From Candidatus Micrarchaeia archaeon (GTDB lineage: Archaea; Micrarchaeota; Micrarchaeia; CABMEP01), in NCBI GenBank assembly GCA_038881595.1, contig JAVZPM010000001.1, positions 211,562 through 275,561 on the forward strand: a DNA stretch of 64,000 bases. The letters run 5' to 3'. A program made the position numbers and the translations under genes. The notes beneath the pieces are model-generated. The model saw only the letters and a program-made list of their open reading frames with translations. It ran no database searches and was not told the origin of the DNA. How positions within the stretch are numbered: position 1 is the first letter of the stretch; the number at the start of each line of letters is the position of its first letter. Shown piece by piece: positions 10,240 through 19,500 of the stretch.

Positions 10240-10362
10240 GTGGGGATGGCAGAGCCTGGTCAAATGCGCAGGACTTAAGACCCTGGTACAGGCTTACTCC
10301 TTTATAGAAGTAAGAAATCCTGTGCCGTAGTGGCTACGTGGGTTCAAATCCCACTCCCCACA
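10240..10362 (+). tRNA. tRNA-Leu (anticodon TAA) with canonical 37-nt intron (10280-10316)
   Basis: GTGGGGA-TG-GCA-GAGCCTGGTCAAA-TGC-G-CAGGA-CTTAAG[intron]A-TCCTG-TGCCGTAGTGGCTAC-GTGGGTTCAAATCCCAC-TCCCCAC-A. This is a class II tRNA with a 15-nt variable arm. After excision the anticodon stem is perfect. The intron contains ACCCTGG, an alternative partner for the 5' stem, as expected for a BHB-type structure. Mature length is 86 nt. Confidence 0.75.
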
Positions 10363-10416
10363 TTTTTTTCTTTAAGATAACGTTAATTTTAAATATCTAG
10401 CAATTATATTAACTTT

Positions 10417-13400
10417 ATGAATCATTCGAAAAGGTTTTCATTTTTTCCTTTATCATTCATTCTAATTATCTTTTTCTTTCAATTAACATTTGCAGTATAC
10501 CCAATTATTTCACAAAGTCAAAGAGAGGCAGTTCCAATAAACGAGTCTCTGAGGAGCGTGGAAGGAATTTATTCTGTTTTCCCATTTGTTGACTGTAGTT
10601 TAATACCTGAGAAATATGGTGGATTTGGACATTGTAATAATTTCGTTGCTGATTTTTGCATAGATAACCAGTTTCATTTAAGTCAAAGTATTGTTCCTCT
10701 AACTTCTGAAGAAAGAATTGCAATGAAGAGCATAATAGCAAAATTAGAATCAGCGGATAATGCAGTTGTCTCTATGAAAAATAAACTTCTTAATCTTCTT
10801 GTTAAGAAAAACTGCACATATCAAATATTACTCTACGTTCCTTACGCTACGATATCGAATATAGTCGGAATATTACCTTCTATGGACTATGAAGGATTTA
10901 AGAGATCTCCAATTAAATTAAGTAGTTTTGTGGTTAAAGTAGAATTAAAATGCGAGGGAGTAGATATACCTATTTTCTCGAACCTTGTTGATTTTGTAGT
11001 AGATATTATTACCAGTTTTGACAGATATTTAGAGCTTCAGGCTGCAGCCTATGAAAATTCAGGAGAGGCATTGAATGAATTGTTTAATCTTGTTATTCAA
11101 CAAGCAGATTCTCTTTATTATGAAGGTGCAGGATATTCGAATTACTCAACTTCAGCCTATAAATTCTATAATGAAAAGATAAAGTCATTCATCTATAAAT
11201 CTAACCAAAATCAGATCGAGCCAACACAATCTGATTTGAATTCTCGAGATTTCTCCTCATACTTTATATATGTGAGAAACGTTAGTAAGAAAGTAAGCTT
11301 AGAACGAGTGAACAAGCTTTCAAACTGTGAAATTGCAGTAATGTCATCTCCTCAATATATTGTAGCATTTAATTACTTAATAGATCTATATAGAGAGATT
11401 CAAGAAGCAAGGGCTACTTTAAGGTCGGATTATGATGTAGCAAAGTCGGAAGCAACACAGAAATTCATTGATGCACAGACAAGATACAACATTCTAATGA
11501 ATGAGAAATATTGGCTTATCAATCAATCGATAGTAGCTTATGCATTAAACGCATCCCAAGAAACAACAATGCAAGAAGGATTGGTGATACCTTCAGATTC
11601 TTTACTGCAAATTAAAGAACTATTGTACGGTTCAGGTTCGTCTACAAGTGTGAAGAATCTTTTAGATTCAGCAAACAAGGATACAGAAAATCAAGTAATA
11701 TTCTATTATTCAAAAGGCATCGAAAAGTTTAGGAAAGCAACAGAACTATCAAAATTTGCAATCAACAACTCATACAAAATAGAGACAGAATCCGATAATG
11801 TTCTAATTTCACTTAATGAAAAAGTAAGGTACAAACTTGAAAATGCATATAACAGTCTATCTAAATATCCAGTTTATGATGTCACATCAGCTTCAGCTTA
11901 TGATTTGTTGAATAATAAATATCAAACAGCATACTCAATATATAATAATTATAATCCATCAAATACAACTAAAGGAGAAAGAATAGTTCACCTATATAAT
12001 GCAGCATTAACGCTTGATGAAGTAATATCATTTGCTTCTATAAAGTCATCAGATATCATAGAATTAAAAAAGAAATCGTTTAAAGAGGCATTAGATGAGT
12101 TAAATTTAACTATAAAGAAAGCACAAATAGATGAAATCGATATTACAGCTGAACTCCAATTATTAAATTCTAAGGCTTTACTTTTAGGAATGAATATCAA
12201 TAATATTTCATTTCTAGAAGATTCATTAAAGGCTCTTATTCAAGCAAAAGAAGATATATATTCGAGAGCAGAATCAGTATATTCAGATATTCCGTCACTT
12301 AGGTCAAGAATTTATTCAATAATTAATTCTATTTCACCATACATTAATACATATCAATACAAAAACGTGATTGATCAAATAGATAGAATGTATTTTATAG
12401 ATAACAGTTTTAATCCAAAGAGATGTCTTGGAAACTATAAATCAATCAAAAACAATTATTCTGCTGTTTTGGAAGATCTTAATAAAAATGCAGCTTCATT
12501 ACTTTCAATATATTTGTCAAACAAATATAGTGCAAGGACATTATTTGATACAACACCACAAGTTGATTCTTATACAAATATAACTACATATTTAGAGATA
12601 AAGAATGATTTATCCTTAAGTACTAATTCTCAAGTTGTTGTTCAGGTAAGAGGTATTCCATATGAAGTAAATAGTATTATCGAGTCAGAAATTCCAGGTA
12701 TATATGCGATAAAGAATAAAGATTATGTTTCTATTTATTTCCCAAGTATAAATAAAACTACTAGTTATCTTTTGAAAATAAAATCATATGTCAAGCCCTC
12801 CATTTTAACTTCAAAGAAAACTGAAAGGTTAGTTCTTACAAATGAAAGATTGACAGAAAAAATTACATACGAAATTGATTCTATTTACGACATTGATTCA
12901 TTGATTTTAACAGACAATTATTGGGCTGACGAATGTTCCGTTTTTATGAATAATAGAATGCAAACTGTAAGATCTTATTCTAATCTGTCTATTTCACTTT
13001 CAAATGTAAAAACAGGTAAACAAGTAATTTATGCAACCTGTACTAAGAACAATCCAATTACATATTCTACATCTGGGTTTACAAGTTCTGATAACAAAAT
13101 TTCATATACTTTACAAATAAAGAGTAATTACGAGGATTTAAGTGATGTTGATTATGTATTAGAAATAATGGGTTCTGCAGATGAAATTCAGTCCGATAGT
13201 ATACGTGTTTATGATTCTAAAGGCCAAATAACAAAGAACTTTCAATTTTATAGATCTGGTGATAAATATTATGCAAAGTGGTTTATCCCGATACTTTCAT
13301 CAGAGTATCAGAATTATACTGTTTCATATCTAACAACAGATATTGTTTCTTACTATTCAAAACTAAAAAGTGAGATAGAGAATATTTCAACGTCTGAGTC

Positions 13401-14694
13401 TATAGATATTTCTTCTTATATTAGAGACGCAGTTTATCGTGCAAGTAGAGGAAAATATGATGAAGCAATAAATTCTCTCGACAAGGCAAAGAAAGAAATA
13501 TCTCAAGTTAGAGTTCAACGTTCAGAGAACGCATCACTTACAGAGAGACTTGATAAGTTAAGCAATCATATTTTGCAACTTAAAAACAAATCAAATGAGA
13601 TTTATGCAATAGCAACAAATCTTTCTTTATCTGATATAAATGTAGAAGTTGCAAAACAAATATCAGAATTTGAGGTTGATTCACAATTAGCAAGAAATTA
13701 TCTATTGAAAGGGGACGTTGCTAATGCAAAATCATTAATCTCTAAGCTTGAAAAATTGGTTTCGTCTACAAAGGTCGATAATTCAATCTATACAAAGGAA
13801 AAGAAAATTTTAGATTCTCTAACTCAAACAGAAAGGAAGGTTGTAAATATAGGTAAATTTATAGACATTTCTTCACAAGTAGAGAAGCTTAACAAAATAA
13901 AATCTTCTATTTCATTGATAGAACCTGCAGTAGCAGTCCAAGATTATTATACTGCATTAATAAATCTTAATAATGCCTTTAATTTAATTAATGAAATAAA
14001 TTCAAATATTGAAAACAGTTCTATTCAAATAAATGCACAACTTGAAGCTAAATTAAAAATTTCAAAAGAAGTTCTGGATAAATGGAAAAAGAACAAGAAA
14101 ATTATTCTTATTGCGTTTTCTATAGATAAAAATTCACCTATAAAATCCATTCCAGAACCAATAAATGAGATATTAAATAAAATAAACATTACCGATTCGA
14201 TGGTAAACGAGCTTAATATATTATATTCGAAACTTAATGGATATAAATTAGATGAGAGAATAAGTAATATTGCTGAATTCGATGAATTAGATTCAAAGAC
14301 AGATAAAATACAAAAAGATATTGAATATTATGGCAAACTAGTAGATCAATATAAGAGTGCATCGAATGAAATAATAAAAGATGCAGGTTTACTCCTTGAA
14401 GAAAAGCTAAATAAAGGTTCTGCAAATGAAAAGAAGAAAGCTATAGATCTACAGCCAGTTCTTTCTTCTGCAAAGGAATTATATTCTACAGGAATGTATC
14501 TAAATTCAATGATGTTAACTCAATATGTAAGAGACGAGCTAATTTCAATTCCATCAAGTGAAGCAACTATAGATTTAACATTATTGATATATTTTGGTAT
14601 AGTAATTATTACAATAGCGATTATATTAAAGATAATATCAAAAAAAGAACCACCAAAGATAGAACGAAAGATAGAAAAAATTAAACTAGATTAA
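10417..14694 (+). CDS. Very large (1425 aa) surface protein: N-terminal signal peptide, Asn/Ser/Lys-rich coiled-coil-prone ectodomain, C-terminal TM anchor
   Basis: N-terminus MNHSKRFSFFPLSFILIIFFFQLTFA is a signal peptide. The C-terminus, TIDLTLLIYFGIVIITIAIILKIISKKEPPK, is a TM helix plus basic tail, the archaeal C-terminal anchor type. No catalytic motif was seen. Confidence 0.6.
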   Translation: MNHSKRFSFFPLSFILIIFFFQLTFAVYPIISQSQREAVPINESLRSVEGIYSVFPFVDCSLIPEKYGGFGHCNNFVADFCIDNQFHLSQSIVPLTSEERIAMKSIIAKLESADNAVVSMKNKLLNLLVKKNCTYQILLYVPYATISNIVGILPSMDYEGFKRSPIKLSSFVVKVELKCEGVDIPIFSNLVDFVVDIITSFDRYLELQAAAYENSGEALNELFNLVIQQADSLYYEGAGYSNYSTSAYKFYNEKIKSFIYKSNQNQIEPTQSDLNSRDFSSYFIYVRNVSKKVSLERVNKLSNCEIAVMSSPQYIVAFNYLIDLYREIQEARATLRSDYDVAKSEATQKFIDAQTRYNILMNEKYWLINQSIVAYALNASQETTMQEGLVIPSDSLLQIKELLYGSGSSTSVKNLLDSANKDTENQVIFYYSKGIEKFRKATELSKFAINNSYKIETESDNVLISLNEKVRYKLENAYNSLSKYPVYDVTSASAYDLLNNKYQTAYSIYNNYNPSNTTKGERIVHLYNAALTLDEVISFASIKSSDIIELKKKSFKEALDELNLTIKKAQIDEIDITAELQLLNSKALLLGMNINNISFLEDSLKALIQAKEDIYSRAESVYSDIPSLRSRIYSIINSISPYINTYQYKNVIDQIDRMYFIDNSFNPKRCLGNYKSIKNNYSAVLEDLNKNAASLLSIYLSNKYSARTLFDTTPQVDSYTNITTYLEIKNDLSLSTNSQVVVQVRGIPYEVNSIIESEIPGIYAIKNKDYVSIYFPSINKTTSYLLKIKSYVKPSILTSKKTERLVLTNERLTEKITYEIDSIYDIDSLILTDNYWADECSVFMNNRMQTVRSYSNLSISLSNVKTGKQVIYATCTKNNPITYSTSGFTSSDNKISYTLQIKSNYEDLSDVDYVLEIMGSADEIQSDSIRVYDSKGQITKNFQFYRSGDKYYAKWFIPILSSEYQNYTVSYLTTDIVSYYSKLKSEIENISTSESIDISSYIRDAVYRASRGKYDEAINSLDKAKKEISQVRVQRSENASLTERLDKLSNHILQLKNKSNEIYAIATNLSLSDINVEVAKQISEFEVDSQLARNYLLKGDVANAKSLISKLEKLVSSTKVDNSIYTKEKKILDSLTQTERKVVNIGKFIDISSQVEKLNKIKSSISLIEPAVAVQDYYTALINLNNAFNLINEINSNIENSSIQINAQLEAKLKISKEVLDKWKKNKKIILIAFSIDKNSPIKSIPEPINEILNKINITDSMVNELNILYSKLNGYKLDERISNIAEFDELDSKTDKIQKDIEYYGKLVDQYKSASNEIIKDAGLLLEEKLNKGSANEKKKAIDLQPVLSSAKELYSTGMYLNSMMLTQYVRDELISIPSSEATIDLTLLIYFGIVIITIAIILKIISKKEPPKIERKIEKIKLD

Positions 14695-14731
14695 ATTTAC
14701 ATACAAAAATAAAAAAATAAGATTAAAAAAG

Positions 14732-14899
14732 TTAGTAGTCTTCGTCTTCGTATTCTTCCTCTTCATCTACCCAATCATCCTCGAATTCTTCCTCTTCATC
14801 TAGTTCTTCTTCTTCATCTTCATCCTCGAATTCTTCCTCTTCATCTAGTTCTTCTTCTTCATCTTCTTCCTCTAGTTTCTTAGGATTTCCTTTTGGCAT
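14732..14899 (-). CDS. Possible small (55 aa) extremely acidic protein MPKGNPKKLEEEDEEEELDEEEEFEDEDEEEELDEEEEFEDDWVDEEEEYEDEDY
   Basis: Reverse-strand ORF ATG..TAA, below the ORF-track length cutoff. It contains an exact 2 x 45-nt tandem repeat. A promoter-like AT-rich region lies upstream. It could equally be non-coding. Confidence 0.3.
   Translation of the reverse strand: MPKGNPKKLEEEDEEEELDEEEEFEDEDEEEELDEEEEFEDDWVDEEEEYEDEDY
14776..14865. repeat. Exact tandem repeat, 2 x 45 nt (catcctcgaattcttcctcttcatctagttcttcttcttcatctt)
   Basis: Read directly: 14776-14820 is identical to 14821-14865. It lies inside the putative acidic mini-ORF, encoding DEEEELDEEEEFED twice. Confidence 0.85.
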
Positions 14900-15007
14900 A
14901 CTCTCACCTTGTAAGGTAAAATATCTGTGGTATATACATAATTAAGTATTAAAAATCTTTTTAATTTCACCAATCATTTATATGCTTTAATTAATCGATT
15001 TTATATA

Positions 15008-15529
15008 TTACATTTTGATAGAATTTAATTTTATGTAGTCAACCTTTTTATTTTCTCTTACAATTGCAATAATAAGATTCTTTTTAGCAATTTGAGCAAT
15101 TCTTAGTAATCTATATATCTCTAATATAGTAATCTTTTCTCTATCGGAAATCACTTCTATCAAGAAACTACTCTTCCCTTCTCCAGGTCTTATACCTTTC
15201 TCATAGGCCCTTAAATGTGTTCCAAATATATATCCAGATTTTAGTATATATCCTTTTTCTCTAAGGTCTGAATAGACAGTATATTTAATATCAATATCCT
15301 TTTCTTTTTTTCTAAATTCTTTCATTAATTCTTTAAATTCAATTTTTTTATTTTTAGATTCAACCATTATTCTCTTATTTTCTAACAAATACAGTGCTTC
15401 ATATGGGGAAAGAATAAGTCTTTGTTCTTTGTCAAGAGTTCCATATCCTCTTTCCGTTAATAATTTAATCATTTTAGGATCTTCTTCAACAACAAAATTT
15501 TCTAGCAGATAAGCCATAAAATCACACAC
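15008..15529 (-). CDS. endA: tRNA-splicing endonuclease (homotetrameric-type subunit), 173 aa
   Basis: The C-terminal catalytic domain YTVYSDLREKGYILKSGYIFGTHLRAYEKGIRPGEGKSSFLIEV matches the EndA signature (Y..KGY.VK.G.KFG..FR.Y, H..F.V). Its length suits an alpha4-type enzyme. Confidence 0.8.
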   Translation of the reverse strand: MCDFMAYLLENFVVEEDPKMIKLLTERGYGTLDKEQRLILSPYEALYLLENKRIMVESKNKKIEFKELMKEFRKKEKDIDIKYTVYSDLREKGYILKSGYIFGTHLRAYEKGIRPGEGKSSFLIEVISDREKITILEIYRLLRIAQIAKKNLIIAIVRENKKVDYIKLNSIKM

Positions 15530-15603
15530 CTTATTTAAAAGTCTGTGAACATTATAATCATCGTATATTAAGCTTTATAAATTTCTCTGATAAAATATAT
15601 TCG

Positions 15604-15999
15604 GTGATACTAATGGCAGAAGAAATGAAAGAGGAGATTAAAGAAGCAGTTGAAGGAGAGGCAGAAATTGCTCCAGAAGAAGATGAGAGACTTCCTTTCC
15701 CAACCGCGAGAGTTGTAAGAATATTAAAAGAAAACATGACAAAACCACATCAGATAAGAGCAGAAGTAAAAATAGCAGCCAATGAATTTCTCGGTGAAAT
15801 CCTAAAAGATATTGCAAAAGAAATGGATAAGGAAGAGGTTTTCACGCTTTCAACCGAGCACTTTAACAAGGCAATAAAGAAGTATAAAATGATAGAATAC
15901 CAACAAAAGAGGATTGAAAGAATAAAGAAACTTCTTGAGAAACAGAAGGCAGAAGTAGAAGAAGTAATAATAGAGATTGATCTTTCAAGAGATCTCTAA
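15604..15999 (+). CDS. Histone-fold protein (NF-YB/NC2-like) with acidic N-terminus and charged C-terminal extension, 131 aa
   Basis: LPFPTARVVRILKENMTKPHQIRAEVKIAANEFLGEILKDIAKEMDKEEVFTLSTEHFNKAI fits the histone-fold pattern (LP.A.V.RI.K; alpha2 with EF..I; C-terminal alpha3). Confidence 0.5.
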   Translation: MILMAEEMKEEIKEAVEGEAEIAPEEDERLPFPTARVVRILKENMTKPHQIRAEVKIAANEFLGEILKDIAKEMDKEEVFTLSTEHFNKAIKKYKMIEYQQKRIERIKKLLEKQKAEVEEVIIEIDLSRDL

Positions 16000-16038
16000 A
16001 TTATAATTCTTTTTCATTTTCTTTTATTTAGTGGTTAA

Positions 16039-17439
16039 ATGGCAGAAGAGAGAAAAAAAGACTACAGCTTTGAATTACTAGGCGCGTTAGTTCTTTTTCT
16101 TCTCTTAGCCCTACTCTGCTATTTTCATGTTATATGTCCTCTTCCTTCTTGTCCAGAAGGATTAGTTCAGTGCAATAACTGTCCTGGAAATTGCTGTTTG
16201 CCAGATGGTAGTTGTCCGTGTCCAGCCGGTTCAGTCCCATGCAGTACATATTGTCCTCAAACAATAAACTGCCCAAGCGGATGCTGCAACATAGATACAT
16301 GTGCATGTACTGCAACTCCACAATGTCCACCGAATACAGTTTGGAGTGAATCAAGAGGATGCTGTCTGTTTATTTCCGGTCCAAATGCAGGTAAGTGTGC
16401 AGAGATATGCAATGTTGATCCAAAAAGAGTGAAATGTCCTTTAAGAGGACTAGACGCTTGTGATTCAAACAACTGCTGTCCATTAGGCTCATTAGGATGG
16501 GATGATTCTCAAAAATGTTGTGTAGATGCGTTAGGGACATGCATTCTAAGTTGCCTGATTGACAATACAAGAACCGGTTGTCCAACTCCAGGTATAGGGG
16601 GATGTGATGCAACAAGCTGTTGTCCAAAGGATACATATTGGGACAGCCAGAAAGAATGTTGCATTTATGAAAATGGATTCTGCTATGGAGATCCCTGTGC
16701 AAATGTTCAATGTCCACCAGAGCAAGTTTGTATAAATGGAAGTTGCAAACTTCAAGTCAATCTATGTGAAGGGGTTTTTTGCAATGAAGGCCAAATTTGC
16801 GATCCTTCAACTGGTTTATGTTCAGATCCATGTAAAAATGTATTCTGTCCAGCTGGCCAAATATGTATTAATGGAAAGTGTGAAATCGATCAATGTTACA
16901 ATGTTCAATGTCCAGAAGGCCATGTTTGCATAAATGGAAATTGTATATACCAATGTGAAGGAAAGATATGTCCAGCAGGCCAAGAGTGTGATCCAGCGAC
17001 TGGAATCTGCCGAGATAAAAAGTGCAGTTCAGCAACCCAATGCAAAATCTGTGATTTGGGACTTGGTGTTTGTGGAGGGATTCCAGGTTCGAGGCAATGC
17101 TCATCAGATGATAATTGCAAGAATGTTGAATGCCTGGCTTCAGGTACGTGTGGTGTAAGCGGAGGGACTGGTGGAAATGGGGGGGAAGGTTCTAATTTAG
17201 TTAGTTGCAATTATAAAGGGCCATATAGTGCCTGTCCTTCAGACATAATATGTTCGATTGGATGTGCAGAAGGGATAAAATGTGCAGATCCACGTCTTCC
17301 TGAGGGTGAGTGCAAAGGAGTGGGAGAAACATGCAGTAGCTCAACAGAATGCTGCTGTGGAAACAGTTGTCAGATTGTAAACGGGCAAGGATTCTGCTGT
17401 CCAGGTGGATTATGGCAATGCGGCTATCAATTTGACTAA
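16039..17439 (+). CDS. Cys-rich secreted/membrane-anchored repeat protein (EGF/tenascin-like CPxGQxCxNGxC repeats), 466 aa
   Basis: An N-terminal TM/signal (LLGALVLFLLLALLCYF) is followed by about 15 repeats of a roughly 23-aa unit, e.g. CPPEQVCINGSCK, CNEGQICDPSTGLCSDPC, CPAGQICINGKCE, CPEGHVCINGNCI, CPAGQECDPATGIC. Codons are visibly richer in G/C than surrounding genes. Confidence 0.6.
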   Translation: MAEERKKDYSFELLGALVLFLLLALLCYFHVICPLPSCPEGLVQCNNCPGNCCLPDGSCPCPAGSVPCSTYCPQTINCPSGCCNIDTCACTATPQCPPNTVWSESRGCCLFISGPNAGKCAEICNVDPKRVKCPLRGLDACDSNNCCPLGSLGWDDSQKCCVDALGTCILSCLIDNTRTGCPTPGIGGCDATSCCPKDTYWDSQKECCIYENGFCYGDPCANVQCPPEQVCINGSCKLQVNLCEGVFCNEGQICDPSTGLCSDPCKNVFCPAGQICINGKCEIDQCYNVQCPEGHVCINGNCIYQCEGKICPAGQECDPATGICRDKKCSSATQCKICDLGLGVCGGIPGSRQCSSDDNCKNVECLASGTCGVSGGTGGNGGEGSNLVSCNYKGPYSACPSDIICSIGCAEGIKCADPRLPEGECKGVGETCSSSTECCCGNSCQIVNGQGFCCPGGLWQCGYQFD

Positions 17440-17498
17440 TACAGAGCTGTCTTTGTTAATAAAAAGTAATTAATTTAATATTATAATTTTAATTATTT

Positions 17499-18833
17499 TT
17501 AGTTATTTTCTGACATTATTCTTTTAATTATATAATCCTTGTCAAATGGGATTAAGTCATCGTATTCTTGTCCTATACCTATAAATAATATAGGAACTCC
17601 AGTTGCCTTCTTTACAGATATTATGGTTCCGCCTTTTACATCAACATCTAATTTTGTAAGTATAACTCCATCAATTTTTATTGCTTCATTAAACTCTGAA
17701 ACCTGGATAAGTAATGCATTTCCTGCTATTCCTTCCCCTACAAAAACTTTCATATTAGGAGAAACAACTCTTTCTATTTTTTTAAGTTGCTCAATTAAAT
17801 TTCTATTAGTTTCTTGCCTTCCTGCGCTATCTATTAAAACAACATCAAGACCTTTTGCCTCAGCATACTTAACTGCATCAAATGCAACTGCAGCAGGGTC
17901 AGACCCATAGTCGTGCTTTATATAAGGGATTTCAAGCCTCTTTGCATGCTCAATTGTCTGCTCTATAGCTGCGGCCCTGAATGTATCTGAAGCAGAGATA
18001 ACGCAATTTAGGCCGTTTTTCTTAAAGTAATGTGCTACTTTTGCTATAGTCGTAGTTTTCCCTGCTCCATTTGGCCCTATAAACAGTATTTTATATGGTT
18101 TTCCAGTTGTTTGTTTGTACCTTTTTACCTCATTTATAAGATCAATTCTTTCTTGTTCTATTACCTTTTCTATTGATTCGTAAATAGAATCTAGTATGTA
18201 TGATTCGATACTGCTTGATTTAACACTTTTTCCAACGAGCCTATTTCTTAGATCGCTGATTATTTCCTCTGCAACAGGAAGGGCTACATCAGCTGTCAAA
18301 AGCTGCATTTCAAAATCCTCAAGCGCTGTTTTTACATCATTCTCTTTTATTGTAACTTCTGGAGCTATCATAGACTTTACTTTTGTGAGAAAAGTAGTCT
18401 TAACCTTTATTTCCGCTTCCTTTAAATCTGACTGGAGAGGTTTTCCTTTTTTCATTTCTTCTTTAATTTCACCTTTCTCTAAAATCGTGCTTTCTTTCTG
18501 GAGTTTTTCCATCTTTTTTTCCATTTCTTCTTTTTTAACTTGTTTTTCAGCAGGTTTTGTACCTATATCCTCTTTTAACATGTTTTTATTTTCTTTTTCA
18601 ACATCTTGTTCTGGAACTGGAACAGGTTTTTCATGCTTAATTTCACTTGTCTTTTGAAGGGTTTCAAGAGTAGCGACTTCTTCAGTTTTCTTTTTTTCGC
18701 TTATTTCTTCTTTTATTTCTTCTGCTTTTTTCTCTTCTTTTTCACCAGAAATAGATTTTGTAATAGTATCAACTAAACCAGTGATTTTCTTTTTTAAAAT
18801 TCCAAACATAAAATCACTGACTTTAATAAGCAA
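17499..18833 (-). CDS. ftsY: Signal recognition particle receptor FtsY, 444 aa
   Basis: The NG domain motifs are present: FIGPNGAGKTTTIAKVA (G1), DTFRAAAIEQ (G2), DSAGRQ (G3) and TKLD (G4). A long Glu/Lys-rich N-terminal A-domain precedes them. Confidence 0.9.
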   Translation of the reverse strand: MLIKVSDFMFGILKKKITGLVDTITKSISGEKEEKKAEEIKEEISEKKKTEEVATLETLQKTSEIKHEKPVPVPEQDVEKENKNMLKEDIGTKPAEKQVKKEEMEKKMEKLQKESTILEKGEIKEEMKKGKPLQSDLKEAEIKVKTTFLTKVKSMIAPEVTIKENDVKTALEDFEMQLLTADVALPVAEEIISDLRNRLVGKSVKSSSIESYILDSIYESIEKVIEQERIDLINEVKRYKQTTGKPYKILFIGPNGAGKTTTIAKVAHYFKKNGLNCVISASDTFRAAAIEQTIEHAKRLEIPYIKHDYGSDPAAVAFDAVKYAEAKGLDVVLIDSAGRQETNRNLIEQLKKIERVVSPNMKVFVGEGIAGNALLIQVSEFNEAIKIDGVILTKLDVDVKGGTIISVKKATGVPILFIGIGQEYDDLIPFDKDYIIKRIMSENN

Positions 18834-18860
18834 ATATTGATAATTAATTTATAAATAAAG

Positions 18861-19280
18861 TTATTCACTTTCTTTTTTTTCTGCCATTATTCTTCTCGCT
18901 TCTATGTCTATCTCTTTAAGTCTATTTGATATTGCTTCCATACTCTTTATCAGATCATTCTTTGCTTCATCTAATTCTTTTTTCTTTCCTTCTAGGAATT
19001 TGATAGCATCTTCAACACTTGTTTCTGTAAATACGTTTGCACCTACATTCATAAGTAGTTTATTTGTTTCTTTAAGTTCTCCTTTAATAAATATACCTGA
19101 ACCTATGTTAAACAATGTAAGATTATTCTCTTTAAGTGCTCTGAGCGCTTCTATTGTTTTATTTATTTCTGCTTCTACTTGTGCTATTGCCCTCATTTGA
19201 TTTTCTATTTCACGGGCATAATGTTGATGATATGAAGCTTCAGCAGCGAGCTGTTCAAATTGTTCTTCTAAACTTACCAT
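18861..19280 (-). CDS. pfdA: Prefoldin alpha subunit, 139 aa
   Basis: Coiled coil, central beta-hairpin (NIGSGIFIKGEL), coiled coil. It sits in the conserved archaeal rpl-eif6-pfdA-ftsY gene neighbourhood. Confidence 0.8.
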   Translation of the reverse strand: MVSLEEQFEQLAAEASYHQHYAREIENQMRAIAQVEAEINKTIEALRALKENNLTLFNIGSGIFIKGELKETNKLLMNVGANVFTETSVEDAIKFLEGKKKELDEAKNDLIKSMEAISNRLKEIDIEARRIMAEKKESE

Positions 19281-19292
19281 AAAATCACTAGT

Positions 19293-19475
19293 TCACATAT
19301 TTTCTACTTTTTCTATTATAATATCTTTTCTTCTTAAGCCATGATCATTTCCCATAATTGAATACAATTTATGAATTGCAAATTTCTCGCTTTCAGCTTC
19401 TATTATCTTGCTAAATTTTTGTTCTTTATTTTTCATTTTTATCTTTCCGATTATCCTGAATTTCATGTCATTCAC
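19293..19475 (-). CDS. rplX: Ribosomal protein LX (L18Ae/L20A family), about 56-60 aa
   Basis: MKFRIIGKIKMKNKEQKFSKIIEAESEKFAIHKLYSIMGNDHGLRRKDIIIEKVE has the KFRV.GK..., E..A....YS..GS.H and V.I..I pattern of archaeal LX. Its position between eif6 and pfdA is the conserved one. Confidence 0.6.
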   Translation of the reverse strand: MNDMKFRIIGKIKMKNKEQKFSKIIEAESEKFAIHKLYSIMGNDHGLRRKDIIIEKVENM

Positions 19476-19500
19476 CTTTTTGTTATATTCGATAAATATA

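Noticed and set aside
16130-17210. Multiple minus-strand and alternative-frame ORFs inside the Cys-repeat gene
   Set aside because: They are embedded in a strongly supported repeat protein gene. The GC-richer sequence produces long spurious frames.
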